A DNA stretch of 64,000 nucleotides from an uncultured Ruminococcus sp. GTDB lineage: Bacteria; Bacillota; Clostridia; Oscillospirales; Ruminococcaceae. Made by a program: the position numbers and the translations under genes. The DNA lies in contig CADALT010000001.1 of the NCBI GenBank assembly GCA_902788785.1, positions 325,238-389,237 of the forward strand, in the 5' to 3' direction. Position 1 is the first letter of the stretch, and each line of letters opens with the position of its first letter. Below, one piece after another: positions 38,457-48,530 of the stretch. The notes under the pieces are model-generated. The model had not been told where the DNA came from. It ran no database searches and worked only from the letters and a program-made list of their open reading frames with translations.

Positions 38457-38945
38457 ATGGTAATAGGTGACCCGTACAAATTCGGTATTATCATTGAACG
38501 TATGGAAAAATGGGAAAGTGACAGCTTTAAAAACGGGATAATGTTTTTGCTGATAAACGGTGAAGTATATCCTAAAGATGTGCGCACGACTACCTTTAAC
38601 TGCGAACTTGCCGAACTGCTCGATGAAAATTCTGCCATGCGCTCACCTGTTAAGGACAAAGAACTGTACGTGCTCAAAAGCACCGAACTCTTTGAAAAAC
38701 TTGCGGACTTTACTTACGGAAAAGACAGAGATGCGCTTTATGATACTGCCTACCTGCTGCCTTTTCATGAGATAAACGATACGGGATACAGTATATTCAT
38801 CATATCCGATGGAGAGAATATCAGACTGATGGTCGGCAGATGGCAGGACAATGAAATAATACTTGATAACGAGATCGAGATGACATCGCAGGAATACTTT
38901 GAAGTCATCGATGGATTAGACATATTCTACACAAAACTTAAATGA
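38457..38945 (+). CDS. Hypothetical protein; N-terminus reminiscent of polymorphic-toxin immunity proteins (Imm42-like, from memory only)
   Basis: 162 aa, MVIGDPYKFGIIIERMEKWESDSFKNGIMFLLINGEVYP... GGAGG inside the 3' end of the previous gene gives a 1-nt intergenic gap. Confidence 0.35.
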   Translation: MVIGDPYKFGIIIERMEKWESDSFKNGIMFLLINGEVYPKDVRTTTFNCELAELLDENSAMRSPVKDKELYVLKSTELFEKLADFTYGKDRDALYDTAYLLPFHEINDTGYSIFIISDGENIRLMVGRWQDNEIILDNEIEMTSQEYFEVIDGLDIFYTKLK

Positions 38946-38954
38946 ACGGAGGTC

Positions 38955-41225
38955 TTGAAATTGAACATCAAAAAAATACTCAAAGAACTGACACTTGAAG
39001 AAAAAGCGAGCCTTTGCTCGGGTGCGGATTTCTGGCACACAAAGTCGGTGGACAGGCTGGCTATACCGCAGATAATGGTATCGGACGGTCCTCACGGACT
39101 GAGAAAGAACGACGAAACAGCCGAGACACCAAACACGGCGATCAAGGCAGTATGCTTCCCCTCTGCCTGTGCGCTGGCTTGCTCCTTTGACAGAAATTTG
39201 CTGACTACCATGGGCAAGGCATTGGGCGAAGAATGTCAGGCGGAAAATGTGGCTGTGATACTGGGACCCGGCTGCAATATAAAGCGCTCTCCGCTTTGCG
39301 GCAGAAACTTTGAGTATTTTTCGGAGGATCCTTATCTTTCCTCGGAAATCGCTGCGGCGCACATCAAGGGCGTACAAAGCAGAGGTGTGGGCAGCTCGCT
39401 GAAACATTTCGCAGCTAACAATCAGGAGACAAGGCGGCTTTCCGTCAATGCAAAAATAGACGAGAGGGCGCTGCGTGAGATATATCTTGCATCTTTCGAG
39501 GGGGCTGTCAAGAACGCTTCGCCCTGGACTGTAATGTGCTCATATAACAGGGTCAACGGACACCATTCATCACAGAACAAAAAGCTGCTGACCGATGTGC
39601 TTCGCAAGGAATGGGGCTATGAGGATCTTGTGGTCAGCGACTGGGGCGCTGTGGACGACAGAGTCGAGGGCATAAAGGCAGGGCTTGATCTTGAAATGCC
39701 TGCAAGCTTCGGCAAGAACGATAAGCTGATAGTCGATGCGGTGAACAAGGGAAAGCTCAGCATGAAACAGCTTGACAAGTGTGTAGAGCGAGTGCTCAGA
39801 CTGGTGGACAAAGCCGAAGAGAGCCGTACAGAGGGCAAATGGGACAAAGATGCGCACCACGAACTGGCTGCAAAGATAGCTTCGCAGTGCTCGGTGCTTT
39901 TGAAAAACGATGACGGCATACTTCCGCTGGACGCAAAGAAAAAGATCTGCTTTATTGGCAAATTCGCAGACAAGCCACGTTATCAGGGCGGAGGAAGTTC
40001 ACATATAAATTCATTCAAGGTCGTTTCGGCTATGGATGCGGTAAAGGACTACTGCAATGTAGATTATGCGCAGGGCTACATCACCGAAAAGGACGAGACC
40101 GACAAAAAGCTTTTGAATGAAGCGGTGAGCTGTGCCAAGAAAAACGACATCGCTGTTATATTCGCAGGTCTGCCCGATGCTTTTGAGTCCGAGGCATACG
40201 ACAGAAAGCATATGCGTATGCCCGAATGCCAGCTGGAGCTTATACGAGAAGTGGCAAAGGTGAACAAGAACATCGTGGTTGTACTGCACAACGGTTCGCC
40301 TGTGGAAGTGCCTTTCATGGACGACATAAAAGGTCTGCTGGAGGTATATCTGGGCGGACAGGCTGTGGGAAAAGCCACCTGTAATCTACTTTTCGGAAAG
40401 GTGAACCCCAGCGGAAAACTGGCGGAGAGCTGGCCTTTGAAGCTGGAAGACAACCCGTCTTACCTGAGTTTCCCCGGGGTAGGCGACGATCTTGAGTACA
40501 CCGAGGGCATTTTCGTGGGATACAGATATTACGACACAAAGAAAATGGCAGTGCGCTTCCCCTTCGGGTATGGACTTTCTTACACGACATTCGAGTACAG
40601 CGACATGCATATCTCCGCCAGCGAGATAAACGATGATGATACGCTGACAGTCAGCTGCACCATCAAGAACACAGGCAGCTGCGAGGGTATGGAGATAGTC
40701 GAGCTTTATGTGCGTGACAAGGAAAGCTCTGTTGTAAGACCTTTCAAGGAGCTCAAAGGCTTTGAAAAAGTAAGCCTGAGACCCGGCGAATCGAAGAAGA
40801 TAGCATTCAATCTGGATAAGAGAGCTTTTGCATACTATGAAACAGCTATAAATGACTGGTTCGTGGAATACGGTGAGTTCGAGATAATGATAGGCGCATC
40901 TTCAAGGGATATAAGACTGACAGGTTCGGTATATGTAAACACCGACAAAAAGCTGCCTGTACAGTTCACATTCAACAGCACTTTGCAGGATATTATGTCC
41001 TGTCCCGAGGGCAAGGAAATGTTCGCAGACCTCTTTGACAGATACTGCAAGACCATGGACTGGGCTAACGGTGATGGTCTCGGTGAGGGCTCGAAGGAAC
41101 TGGTAATGGCAATGATAAAGGACACACCAATAAGAGGCTTGCTCTGTTATGATGACAGACCCGAGATAAACAGAGTATGGCTGGGAGAGATGCTGGAAAG
41201 GCTCAATTCTATGCTGGAGGGATGA
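38955..41225 (+). CDS. Glycoside hydrolase family 3 beta-glucosidase
   Basis: 756 aa with GH3 motifs (GPHGLR, KHF..NNQE, SDWGA) and a C-terminal Fn3-like domain. TTG start at 38955 or 38961; the latter has better spacing to GGAGG 38948..38952. Confidence 0.9.
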   Translation: MKLNIKKILKELTLEEKASLCSGADFWHTKSVDRLAIPQIMVSDGPHGLRKNDETAETPNTAIKAVCFPSACALACSFDRNLLTTMGKALGEECQAENVAVILGPGCNIKRSPLCGRNFEYFSEDPYLSSEIAAAHIKGVQSRGVGSSLKHFAANNQETRRLSVNAKIDERALREIYLASFEGAVKNASPWTVMCSYNRVNGHHSSQNKKLLTDVLRKEWGYEDLVVSDWGAVDDRVEGIKAGLDLEMPASFGKNDKLIVDAVNKGKLSMKQLDKCVERVLRLVDKAEESRTEGKWDKDAHHELAAKIASQCSVLLKNDDGILPLDAKKKICFIGKFADKPRYQGGGSSHINSFKVVSAMDAVKDYCNVDYAQGYITEKDETDKKLLNEAVSCAKKNDIAVIFAGLPDAFESEAYDRKHMRMPECQLELIREVAKVNKNIVVVLHNGSPVEVPFMDDIKGLLEVYLGGQAVGKATCNLLFGKVNPSGKLAESWPLKLEDNPSYLSFPGVGDDLEYTEGIFVGYRYYDTKKMAVRFPFGYGLSYTTFEYSDMHISASEINDDDTLTVSCTIKNTGSCEGMEIVELYVRDKESSVVRPFKELKGFEKVSLRPGESKKIAFNLDKRAFAYYETAINDWFVEYGEFEIMIGASSRDIRLTGSVYVNTDKKLPVQFTFNSTLQDIMSCPEGKEMFADLFDRYCKTMDWANGDGLGEGSKELVMAMIKDTPIRGLLCYDDRPEINRVWLGEMLERLNSMLEG

Positions 41226-41228
41226 TAT

Positions 41229-42167
41229 GTGAGACCTGTTCTCAAAAAACCTCTTGGCAGCCTGGTGCTGTACGGACTGCTGGCTGCCGCTGTGATAATT
41301 TCGGCGGCAGTAACGGCTGCACTACAAAGAACAAAAGAACGGTCAGTAGTGGTATACTCCGCTTCTTCTCCCGATGAGGACGAATTTGAGGAAGAAGGAA
41401 AGGACGACAGTTCATCAAAAAGAGAAAAGTCTGCTAAAAAGAACAGCAGTAAGGCTCAAAAGACGACCACTGCGCCGACAAAATCAGTCACGGAAAAGAA
41501 GACCAAAGCTACAACAAAGGTCACTAAAAAAACCACCGCTGCAAAATCTGCCACAGAAAAGACAGCTAAAGAGACCACGGTCATCGAGGTGGATTTTCCG
41601 CTGGATATAAATCTTGCTTCAATGGAAGAACTTATGGCGATAGACGGTGTCGGCGAGTCAACGGCGGCGGATATAATAGCTTTCAGGGAAAGTAGAGGCG
41701 TGGTACACAACATGGACGAACTGCTGGAGATAAGCGGCATCGGCAACGCCAAGCTGGCTAAGCTGAAGCAATATCTTTATGTGGATGCGGCTGACTATGA
41801 GGACATCACGACCACCGCAAAAGAAACTTCCACGAAAGAGACTACGACCACGACTGTAACGACGCAGACCAAGACTGTTACGACCACAACAGTCCCCGAG
41901 GAACCGGAAACAGAGACCATAACCACAGAAGACGTACAGGAGATCACCGAGCCCGAGATACCCGAAAGGCAGCCTGTGAATATAAATTCTGCCGATGCAG
42001 AAACGATAGCGGAATGTCTGCTGGTGGACATGGAAACGGCTGAAAAGATACTATCCGTCCGTGATGAGTTGGGCGGAGAATACGAAAACTATCTGCAGCT
42101 TCTGTACGTGGACGGCATCAGCAAGGATCTGCTGCGTGAATTGCGAGATTACATACTTCTTGAATAA
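41229..42167 (+). CDS. ComEA-like protein with two helix-hairpin-helix modules and T/K-rich linkers
   Basis: GTG start 7 nt after GGAGGG. N-terminal TM segment. Two HhH units (INLASMEELMAIDGVGESTAADIIAFRE...ISGIGNAKLAKL; VNINSADAETIAECL...VDGISKDLLRELRDYI). Confidence 0.7.
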   Translation: MRPVLKKPLGSLVLYGLLAAAVIISAAVTAALQRTKERSVVVYSASSPDEDEFEEEGKDDSSSKREKSAKKNSSKAQKTTTAPTKSVTEKKTKATTKVTKKTTAAKSATEKTAKETTVIEVDFPLDINLASMEELMAIDGVGESTAADIIAFRESRGVVHNMDELLEISGIGNAKLAKLKQYLYVDAADYEDITTTAKETSTKETTTTTVTTQTKTVTTTTVPEEPETETITTEDVQEITEPEIPERQPVNINSADAETIAECLLVDMETAEKILSVRDELGGEYENYLQLLYVDGISKDLLRELRDYILLE

Positions 42168-42172
42168 CAGAA

Positions 42173-42208
42173 AAAGGACAAAGCGATGTGCTTTGTCCTT
42201 TATTTTTT
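42173..42208. terminator. Bidirectional rho-independent terminator
   Basis: Stem aaaggacaaagc / gctttgtccttt, followed by TATTTTTT, between convergent genes. Confidence 0.85.
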
Positions 42209-43091
42209 AGCCCCAGTAGCTTCTCCAGATGGAGAAATATCCCCAAGGGATCCTGAAAGAATATGCTATCTTACTGCTGGAAGTATAGTAGCTTCTGTTG
42301 CACCAGTAATAAACATCGTAGTCGTTCTTGATGCCCTTATAGCAGTTATCGCCGTAAACAGCGCCCCAGACAGCTTTCTTCACCTTATCGGGAACGTTGT
42401 AATAATTGCAGCCGTCTCTGGAAAGACCGTAGTCAGACATAAATCCGCCGCTGGTGTAGATTATGCTCTGGATATTGTAATAATTCTTGTAGAAAGGTGC
42501 CCACAGCGGATCATTCTCATACTTTGCAGCCACAAAACGGTTAGCAACGCAGTCGGATACGTAAACGATGGGCTTATCCCACATACTGTCATTTATCCTG
42601 CCGACCTCATGATATACGATACGGCACATAGCCTCCCAGCCTGCCTTATCATAATTCATTCTTGCGGTCATGATAGACTGTTCTGCTGAAAAACGAGAAT
42701 AAGTGTTGCCGGGATATATCGCCCTGACCTTGAACTTATAGGTGGTCGCACGATCAAGCTTTTTTACCGAAACGGTATTGTTGGTGGTCGTGCAGTAATT
42801 TGACCAGGATTTATACTTGCCGCCCTTGATGTAGACCTGATACCTGTTGGCGTTCTTCGTCTTGTTCCAGTGAAGTACGATGGTATCTATCTGCTTGTTG
42901 TAGGGGTGAGTATACGAACTCTCGTAAGTTTTTTCCTTGTTCATGGAAGGTACTGCTGCCGAACCCGATACAGTTGCCGCAGAAGCCTTTATCCCGCCGA
43001 TAAAGGTCAGTGCGAGCATCGCTAAAAGAGATGCAAGCAGTACAGCCATCTTCTTCAAAGTTGCAGGTATCCTGACTTTGTTTAAACTCAT
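42207..43091 (-). CDS. Secreted protein with Fn3-like domain and SleB/CwlJ-type cell-wall hydrolase-like domain
   Basis: 294 aa. Signal peptide (LASLLAMLALTFIGGIKASA). An Fn3-like segment (IVLHWNKTKNANRYQVYIKGG...YKFKVRAIY). The C-terminal CRIVYHEVGRI...CVANRF...VKKAVWGAV resembles Hydrolase_2. Confidence 0.5.
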   Translation of the reverse strand: MSLNKVRIPATLKKMAVLLASLLAMLALTFIGGIKASAATVSGSAAVPSMNKEKTYESSYTHPYNKQIDTIVLHWNKTKNANRYQVYIKGGKYKSWSNYCTTTNNTVSVKKLDRATTYKFKVRAIYPGNTYSRFSAEQSIMTARMNYDKAGWEAMCRIVYHEVGRINDSMWDKPIVYVSDCVANRFVAAKYENDPLWAPFYKNYYNIQSIIYTSGGFMSDYGLSRDGCNYYNVPDKVKKAVWGAVYGDNCYKGIKNDYDVYYWCNRSYYTSSSKIAYSFRIPWGYFSIWRSYWG

Positions 43092-43492
43092 AATTTATCA
43101 TGACATCAGTCTTTGAGCATTATTTTTTCTGTACGATCAAAGCCTTTGTCCGTTCACGTCCTTTCGTTGAATGCTTTTGTGTCTCCGCATCATCCAAATG
43201 GTTACTTTTTGTAATCGCAAAAGCTATTATATATAACAAAATATTACAAACTGATTACAAACAACATTAGGTAGTTTAACACATTGTCAAGGATTTGTCA
43301 AGCGTGTTAGTTAATTTTTAACATTTTTTCAGAAATTATGCACAAAAGTTCAGCATACCTGCAAGCTATCTTGCATAATTATATTATCGGAAACGTTTTC
43401 GGTTAATTTAACCTTTAACAATTTCCACAAATTCTGTAAAAAAATAAACAAAAAAGTCGAAATGAAGGACTTTATGCAGAAAGAGGTGCAAG

Positions 43493-44410
43493 ATGAAAAA
43501 ATATCTACCCGAAGGAAAAATCTTCAATTCCCCCGAGAACGGCTACTACCTGCGCAGCCCCGAAGCTATGATGGAGGCACAGCGCAATGGTATCATTCTG
43601 GAAGGACACGCCGTAATGTGTACCACAGACCACGACCTGGTGGTGGAACTGCCCTTTGGCAGGGGGATAATCCCACGTATCGAGGGTGCTGTGGGCATAG
43701 CCGAGGGGACCACCCGTGATATTGCGCTGCTGTCTAGGGTGAACAAGACCGTATGCTTCAAAGTGACGGATATACTGCATCACGATGGGAATATCACGGC
43801 AGTGCTTTCAAGAAGACTGGCGCAGGAAGAATGCATAAGCGAGTACATAAGCCGACTGCACTGCGGCGATGTGATACCGGCAAAGGTAACGCATCTTGAA
43901 CCATTTGGGGCATTTGTGGACATTGGCTGCGGAGTACCGTCACTGATACCCATTGATGCCATATCCGTATCAAGGATATCTCACCCGAATGACAGATTTT
44001 TCAACGGGCAGGATATTTTTGCGGTAGTGAAGAATATCGAGGACGGCAGGATATGCCTTTCACACAAGGAACTGCTTGGCACATGGGAACAGAATGCGGC
44101 GCTGTTCTCCCCCGGCGAAACTGTGGGCGGAGTGATACGTTCCACCGAGCCCTACGGTATTTTTATCGAGCTTGCGCCAAATCTGGCAGGGCTTGCCGAA
44201 CCCAGGAACGATGTCAGCGCAGGGCAGGCTGCAAGCGTTTATATCAAGGCGCTCATACCCGAGAAGATGAAAGTCAAGCTGATAATAGTCGATGTTTTCG
44301 AGAACCTTTGCTTTCCCTCGAAGATAAACTATTTCATAGATTCAGGCAGGATAGACAGGTGGGAATACTCCACGAAGTCAAGCAAGAAGACAATAGTTTC
44401 GGTTTTCTGA
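43493..44410 (+). CDS. S1 RNA-binding domain protein
   Basis: 305 aa with two S1-like repeats (GDVIPAKVTHLEPFGAFVDIG; GETVGGVIRSTEPYGIFIELA). RBS aaagaggtg. Confidence 0.75.
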   Translation: MKKYLPEGKIFNSPENGYYLRSPEAMMEAQRNGIILEGHAVMCTTDHDLVVELPFGRGIIPRIEGAVGIAEGTTRDIALLSRVNKTVCFKVTDILHHDGNITAVLSRRLAQEECISEYISRLHCGDVIPAKVTHLEPFGAFVDIGCGVPSLIPIDAISVSRISHPNDRFFNGQDIFAVVKNIEDGRICLSHKELLGTWEQNAALFSPGETVGGVIRSTEPYGIFIELAPNLAGLAEPRNDVSAGQAASVYIKALIPEKMKVKLIIVDVFENLCFPSKINYFIDSGRIDRWEYSTKSSKKTIVSVF

Positions 44411-44417
44411 ACAAAAA

Positions 44418-44457
44418 ACAGCGGAGAGATGCATATGATCTCTCCGCTGTTTGTTTG
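44418..44457. terminator. Bidirectional rho-independent terminator
   Basis: Stem cagcggagagat / atctctccgctg, followed by TTTGTTTG, with an A-run upstream. Confidence 0.8.
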
Positions 44458-45573
44458 TCAATAGTTTTCCTTGATATATTCCGTTACCTTCAATTCCTGT
44501 CTGCATTCACCCTCGCAAATATAATCTTTAGCCATAGACTGTATCAAGTTATAATACTTGTCGGCTTGCGCATTATCTTTCTTATATATATAATAGTATG
44601 CGTACATGAGTCTGGGTCTGGTTATCATGAATTTTTCGGTAATATGTATGTATTTTTTCAGGTCGTTATCGTAAAGCTCATCTATCTTACTGTCGCTCTC
44701 ACCTGTCATTATATAACAGAACATGAGTTCGCACTTACACTCGTTGATAAAGAGCGATGGTATCTTCTCGTTCGATAAAACGGACTCGTATATTTTGCTT
44801 GCCGCTGTAAAGTCGAAACGTTCACAGCACCTCGATGCCTCGACCATAGCCAGCTGGACTTTGCCGATCTCGCCTGCGGGGTCAGCACCCTCGAAAAGCT
44901 TATCGGGCATCTCGTCAAGTGTTTTGCCTTGATAGTTTTCACCGGTTATTATAAGTGTATTTAGCAGATATTTTCTCTCCTCGGCAGAACGGTACTGTGC
45001 CAATATGTTTGCGCCGTCATTGGGAACACCTCCGACTTGCATGGGTATGAGGTTAGAAAATGCCATAAATAAAGACACTGCCGCAAGTATCCCAAAGAAG
45101 TGAGCTGCATATTTTGAGCTTACGATCAGTAAAACTGAACCGCATATCACAGCAGTTAAAAGATTGAACAAACCTCCGCCTGCATGATACCAGAAGTAGG
45201 GCACCTTTTCGGGTTCATCTACAATATCATGGGTCATAAGGCACTGACCCGCTGTTCCCGGTATAGAGTATTTGCCTATTTTGAACTTACCGTTTTTCCT
45301 GATAATGACGATACTGCCTATACGGAAAGACACAAATCTGTAGCCTGTCAGCAAGCCCATCACAAGATGACCGCCTTCGTGTATGATAAGTCCCAGGAAG
45401 TACGAAGCAAAAACACTGACCAGAATTACCCCAATAGTTATGAGCTTTGTCTTTTTATCATCTTCGCCGCTTCCGCCTAAATATTTGACCATTATAAAAC
45501 CTACCAGCGCCCCGAAAACACCGCCCATTATCATGCCGCTGAGGTTTTGCTGTTTCTTTTTCTTCTTATCCAT
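44458..45573 (-). CDS. M50-family (site-2 protease-like) membrane metallopeptidase with helical-repeat C-terminal domain
   Basis: 371 aa with an HEGGH zinc motif in a TM helix and an NLIPMQVGGVPNDG motif (cf. NxxPxxxLDG). Confidence 0.6.
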   Translation of the reverse strand: MDKKKKKQQNLSGMIMGGVFGALVGFIMVKYLGGSGEDDKKTKLITIGVILVSVFASYFLGLIIHEGGHLVMGLLTGYRFVSFRIGSIVIIRKNGKFKIGKYSIPGTAGQCLMTHDIVDEPEKVPYFWYHAGGGLFNLLTAVICGSVLLIVSSKYAAHFFGILAAVSLFMAFSNLIPMQVGGVPNDGANILAQYRSAEERKYLLNTLIITGENYQGKTLDEMPDKLFEGADPAGEIGKVQLAMVEASRCCERFDFTAASKIYESVLSNEKIPSLFINECKCELMFCYIMTGESDSKIDELYDNDLKKYIHITEKFMITRPRLMYAYYYIYKKDNAQADKYYNLIQSMAKDYICEGECRQELKVTEYIKENY

Positions 45574-45574
45574 A

Positions 45575-46840
45575 TCACTTCACCTTTATCTTTTCCCAGT
45601 AAGCTTTAGCTGCCTGTTCAGCCTTGTTCTCACCGTAATTATAGTAGACTCTGTCTTTGAGCGCATCTGGAAGATACTGCTGTTTTACCCAGTGATTAGG
45701 ATAATTATGGGGATACAGATAATGCTGTCCTTTGACCTTTGCTTCTTCGCCGTCAAAATGCTTGTTCTGCAAATGTCTGGGAAAATCCAGCGCACCGCAG
45801 GTTTTTACATCTGCAAGTGCTGCGTCAATGGCGGATTCAGCACTGTTGGACTTTGGTGAAGTCGCAAGCATTATGACAGCCTCTGCCAGAGGTATCCTAG
45901 CCTCGGGGAGTCCAAGCTGCAAGGCTGAGTCCACGCAGGATTTGGTTATGACCGCAGCCATAGGGTATGCAAGCCCCACATCTTCGCTGGCTATCACGAG
46001 CAGTCTTCTGCACAGTGAAATTATATCGCCTGCTTCGATAAGCCTTGCGGCATAGTGCAGCGCAGCATTCTCATCAGAGCCACGTATGGACTTCTGTAAG
46101 GCTGAAAGTATATCATAATGTTCATCGCCCTGACGGTCATAGCGCATATTGCTGCGCTGTGTCAGCTGTTTTACCGTATCGAGCTTAACTTTAAGAGTTG
46201 TCCCGTCATTGTCAGCCGAGAGCATACAGAGTTCCACGGTATTTATGGACTTGCGGACATCTCCTCCGCAGCCACGGGCGATATGTTCGCAAACGCCGTC
46301 TTCAAGCTCGGTCGCAACGCCCATATCTTCGCCCATTATACGGAAAGCTCTCTCGATGGCAGGCTTTATCTGTTCGGGAGTTACGGGCTTGAACTCAAAT
46401 ACCGTCGAACGGCTGATTATAGCATTATAGACGTAAAAGTACGGGTTCTCCGTGGTGGAAGAGATAAGCGTTATCTTGCCGTTCTCGATATATTCCAGCA
46501 AAGACTGCTGCTGTTTTTTGTTAAGGTACTGTATCTCGTCAAGGTAGAGCAGTATACCGTTCATGCCGCCCAGCATTTCGGTCTCAGCGATTATGGACTT
46601 TATATCCGCCACCGAAGCCGATGTACCGTTTAATTTGTACATGGTCATATTGGCGTGCTCTGCGATGAAACGGGCAATGGTAGTCTTGCCAACACCCGAA
46701 GGACCATAGAAGATAAGATTTGGTATAGTGCCGCTTTCAATGATGCGGCGCAGAGGTCTGCCCTCGCCCAGCAGCTGTGGCTGACCTACTATCTCCTCCA
46801 GAGTATTGGGTCTTATCCTTTCTGCAAGTGGGATGCTCAT
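45575..46840 (-). CDS. rarA: Replication-associated recombination protein A (AAA+)
   Basis: 421 aa. GPSGVGKTT, LYLDEIQ, and C-terminal MgsA motifs (YDILSALQKSIRGSD; HLQNKHFDG). Confidence 0.93.
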   Translation of the reverse strand: MSIPLAERIRPNTLEEIVGQPQLLGEGRPLRRIIESGTIPNLIFYGPSGVGKTTIARFIAEHANMTMYKLNGTSASVADIKSIIAETEMLGGMNGILLYLDEIQYLNKKQQQSLLEYIENGKITLISSTTENPYFYVYNAIISRSTVFEFKPVTPEQIKPAIERAFRIMGEDMGVATELEDGVCEHIARGCGGDVRKSINTVELCMLSADNDGTTLKVKLDTVKQLTQRSNMRYDRQGDEHYDILSALQKSIRGSDENAALHYAARLIEAGDIISLCRRLLVIASEDVGLAYPMAAVITKSCVDSALQLGLPEARIPLAEAVIMLATSPKSNSAESAIDAALADVKTCGALDFPRHLQNKHFDGEEAKVKGQHYLYPHNYPNHWVKQQYLPDALKDRVYYNYGENKAEQAAKAYWEKIKVK

Positions 46841-46851
46841 ATCACACTCTC

Positions 46852-47142
46852 CTAATCAAATATATTCCGTATCTGCGGCAGCTTCAGCTCGTATGCCCTG
46901 CTGTTTATCTTTTTGAGCAGATAATTTTTAGCAATGACCACCGCAGGCTGATACTTGGTATTCTCCACACCGATACTCAGGCGGTATATCACAAACTGCC
47001 CGGAGGATATTTTCATTATCATATGACGCTGACCTTCAAAAGAACCTCTGACCACCGAGTTTGATCTGACAAAATTCCAGAGATCCTCATAAGTCAGGTC
47101 GCTCACCTCATCAAGTATGAACTGCCTTATGAATTCTTCCAT
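46852..47142 (-). CDS. Hypothetical protein
   Basis: 96-aa ORF with GGAGG upstream (aaaggaggcagcgtcATG) and no recognisable motif. Confidence 0.5.
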   Translation of the reverse strand: MEEFIRQFILDEVSDLTYEDLWNFVRSNSVVRGSFEGQRHMIMKISSGQFVIYRLSIGVENTKYQPAVVIAKNYLLKKINSRAYELKLPQIRNIFD

Positions 47143-47229
47143 GACGCTGCCTCCTTTATATACTATTATATATAATAGTATAGCATGATTTCAATAAAAT
47201 GTAAAGTGACGTTTTTGCTGTGCTTAGAA

Positions 47230-47265
47230 TAAAAAAACTCCCGACACCATCGCTGATATCGGGAG
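47230..47265 (-). terminator. Rho-independent terminator after the amidase gene
   Basis: Stem ctcccga / tcgggag, followed by UUUUUUUAUUC on the minus strand. Confidence 0.8.
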
Positions 47266-47279
47266 ATCATAAAATCATA

Positions 47280-48455
47280 TTATTCTGTCATCATGGGGTC
47301 GGTGGAATAGCCGGTGACAACACCGTAATCCTCATAGTTTTCATCATTCTGCTCATAGCCCTGATCTTCCTGCCACTGTTCATCGTAGCCCTGCTGAGTC
47401 TCGCCCTCGTAATCATAGCTTGGCTCTGTTTCGGTCTGTGAGGAAGTATCCTCTGCCTGCGAGCTTTCAGCCTGACTGCTCGTATCTGCCGCAGGTTCGG
47501 CAGGTGCAGGGGCAGCAGGTGCAGGCTTATCGGAAAGCAGCTGGTCAGCCGCAAGCCTTGTGCCGCTTGCATCTATGACCCCGAGCTCGGTAGCTGTTTC
47601 GATGATTGCATTGCCTATGGCACTCGAATAAGCATCGATATTCGCATCGAGCAGCTGATTATCTATGGAACTTGTCAAGAAGCCCATATCCAGCAGAACG
47701 CTCGGCATTTTAACATTCTGATTGATGGGATAATTCACCGTGTTATCATAGGGGTATCCTGCATGAACACCCTTATTCTCGGAAATGCCGACCTCTTCAA
47801 GCTTCGACATTATCTTCTCTGCGAAGGCTTTATCTGCCGCAGGTACCGAGGTATGGACATAAGCTTCAAATCCGTGGATATCGCTGCTGGATATCTCAGT
47901 GCTGCTGCGGTGTATGGATATGGTCACATCAGCTTTCTGCTCGTTTGCGGTATTGCATCTTTGATCCATATCAATAAAGTTATCATCTGTTCTGGTCATT
48001 ACGACCTTGACTCCGCAGCTTTCAAGATAAGCTTTTATGCTCTGGGCTATCCTGAGGGTATCGTCCTTCTCACATCTGCCCTCATCATTCTGAGTACCTT
48101 TATCGAAACCTCCGTGGGCAGCGTCGATGCACACTGTCAGCCCGATGCTCTTTTCAGCCGCAGCAGACTCATTATTGCCCGCATCGGCACTCTGCTCATT
48201 TGCAGCATTTGCAGCATTAGCAGCTGTCTTATCCACCGCCGATGACGTTACAGATGGTTCTTCACCGCCTTTTTTCTTACCGGCGATGAATTTGACCAGC
48301 TTCACTATACCAAGTATCATCAGCAGCAGGACTATCAGCGCAGCGATTATCCTGCCCCAGTATACCTTGACCTTCTTCTTTTTCTTTTTAGGATCGCTCC
48401 GTCGGGGCATCCTGCCATAGAACTCGTAAAACTCCTGATCTGTCATTCTTTGCAT
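47280..48455 (-). CDS. N-acetylmuramoyl-L-alanine amidase (Amidase_3) with TM anchor and acidic low-complexity tail
   Basis: 391 aa. Basic N-terminus plus a TM segment, then the amidase_3 core (CIDAAHGGFDKG...SIHRSS...LLDMGFL). The C-terminus is rich in P/A/S/Q/E/Y. Confidence 0.8.
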   Translation of the reverse strand: MQRMTDQEFYEFYGRMPRRSDPKKKKKKVKVYWGRIIAALIVLLLMILGIVKLVKFIAGKKKGGEEPSVTSSAVDKTAANAANAANEQSADAGNNESAAAEKSIGLTVCIDAAHGGFDKGTQNDEGRCEKDDTLRIAQSIKAYLESCGVKVVMTRTDDNFIDMDQRCNTANEQKADVTISIHRSSTEISSSDIHGFEAYVHTSVPAADKAFAEKIMSKLEEVGISENKGVHAGYPYDNTVNYPINQNVKMPSVLLDMGFLTSSIDNQLLDANIDAYSSAIGNAIIETATELGVIDASGTRLAADQLLSDKPAPAAPAPAEPAADTSSQAESSQAEDTSSQTETEPSYDYEGETQQGYDEQWQEDQGYEQNDENYEDYGVVTGYSTDPMMTE

Positions 48456-48530
48456 AGTGCTCTCCAGTATTCCTATGGCAACAAATGGTTATATAATGTT
48501 GCCTTAATGTTCTTTATCAAAGGCTCACTG

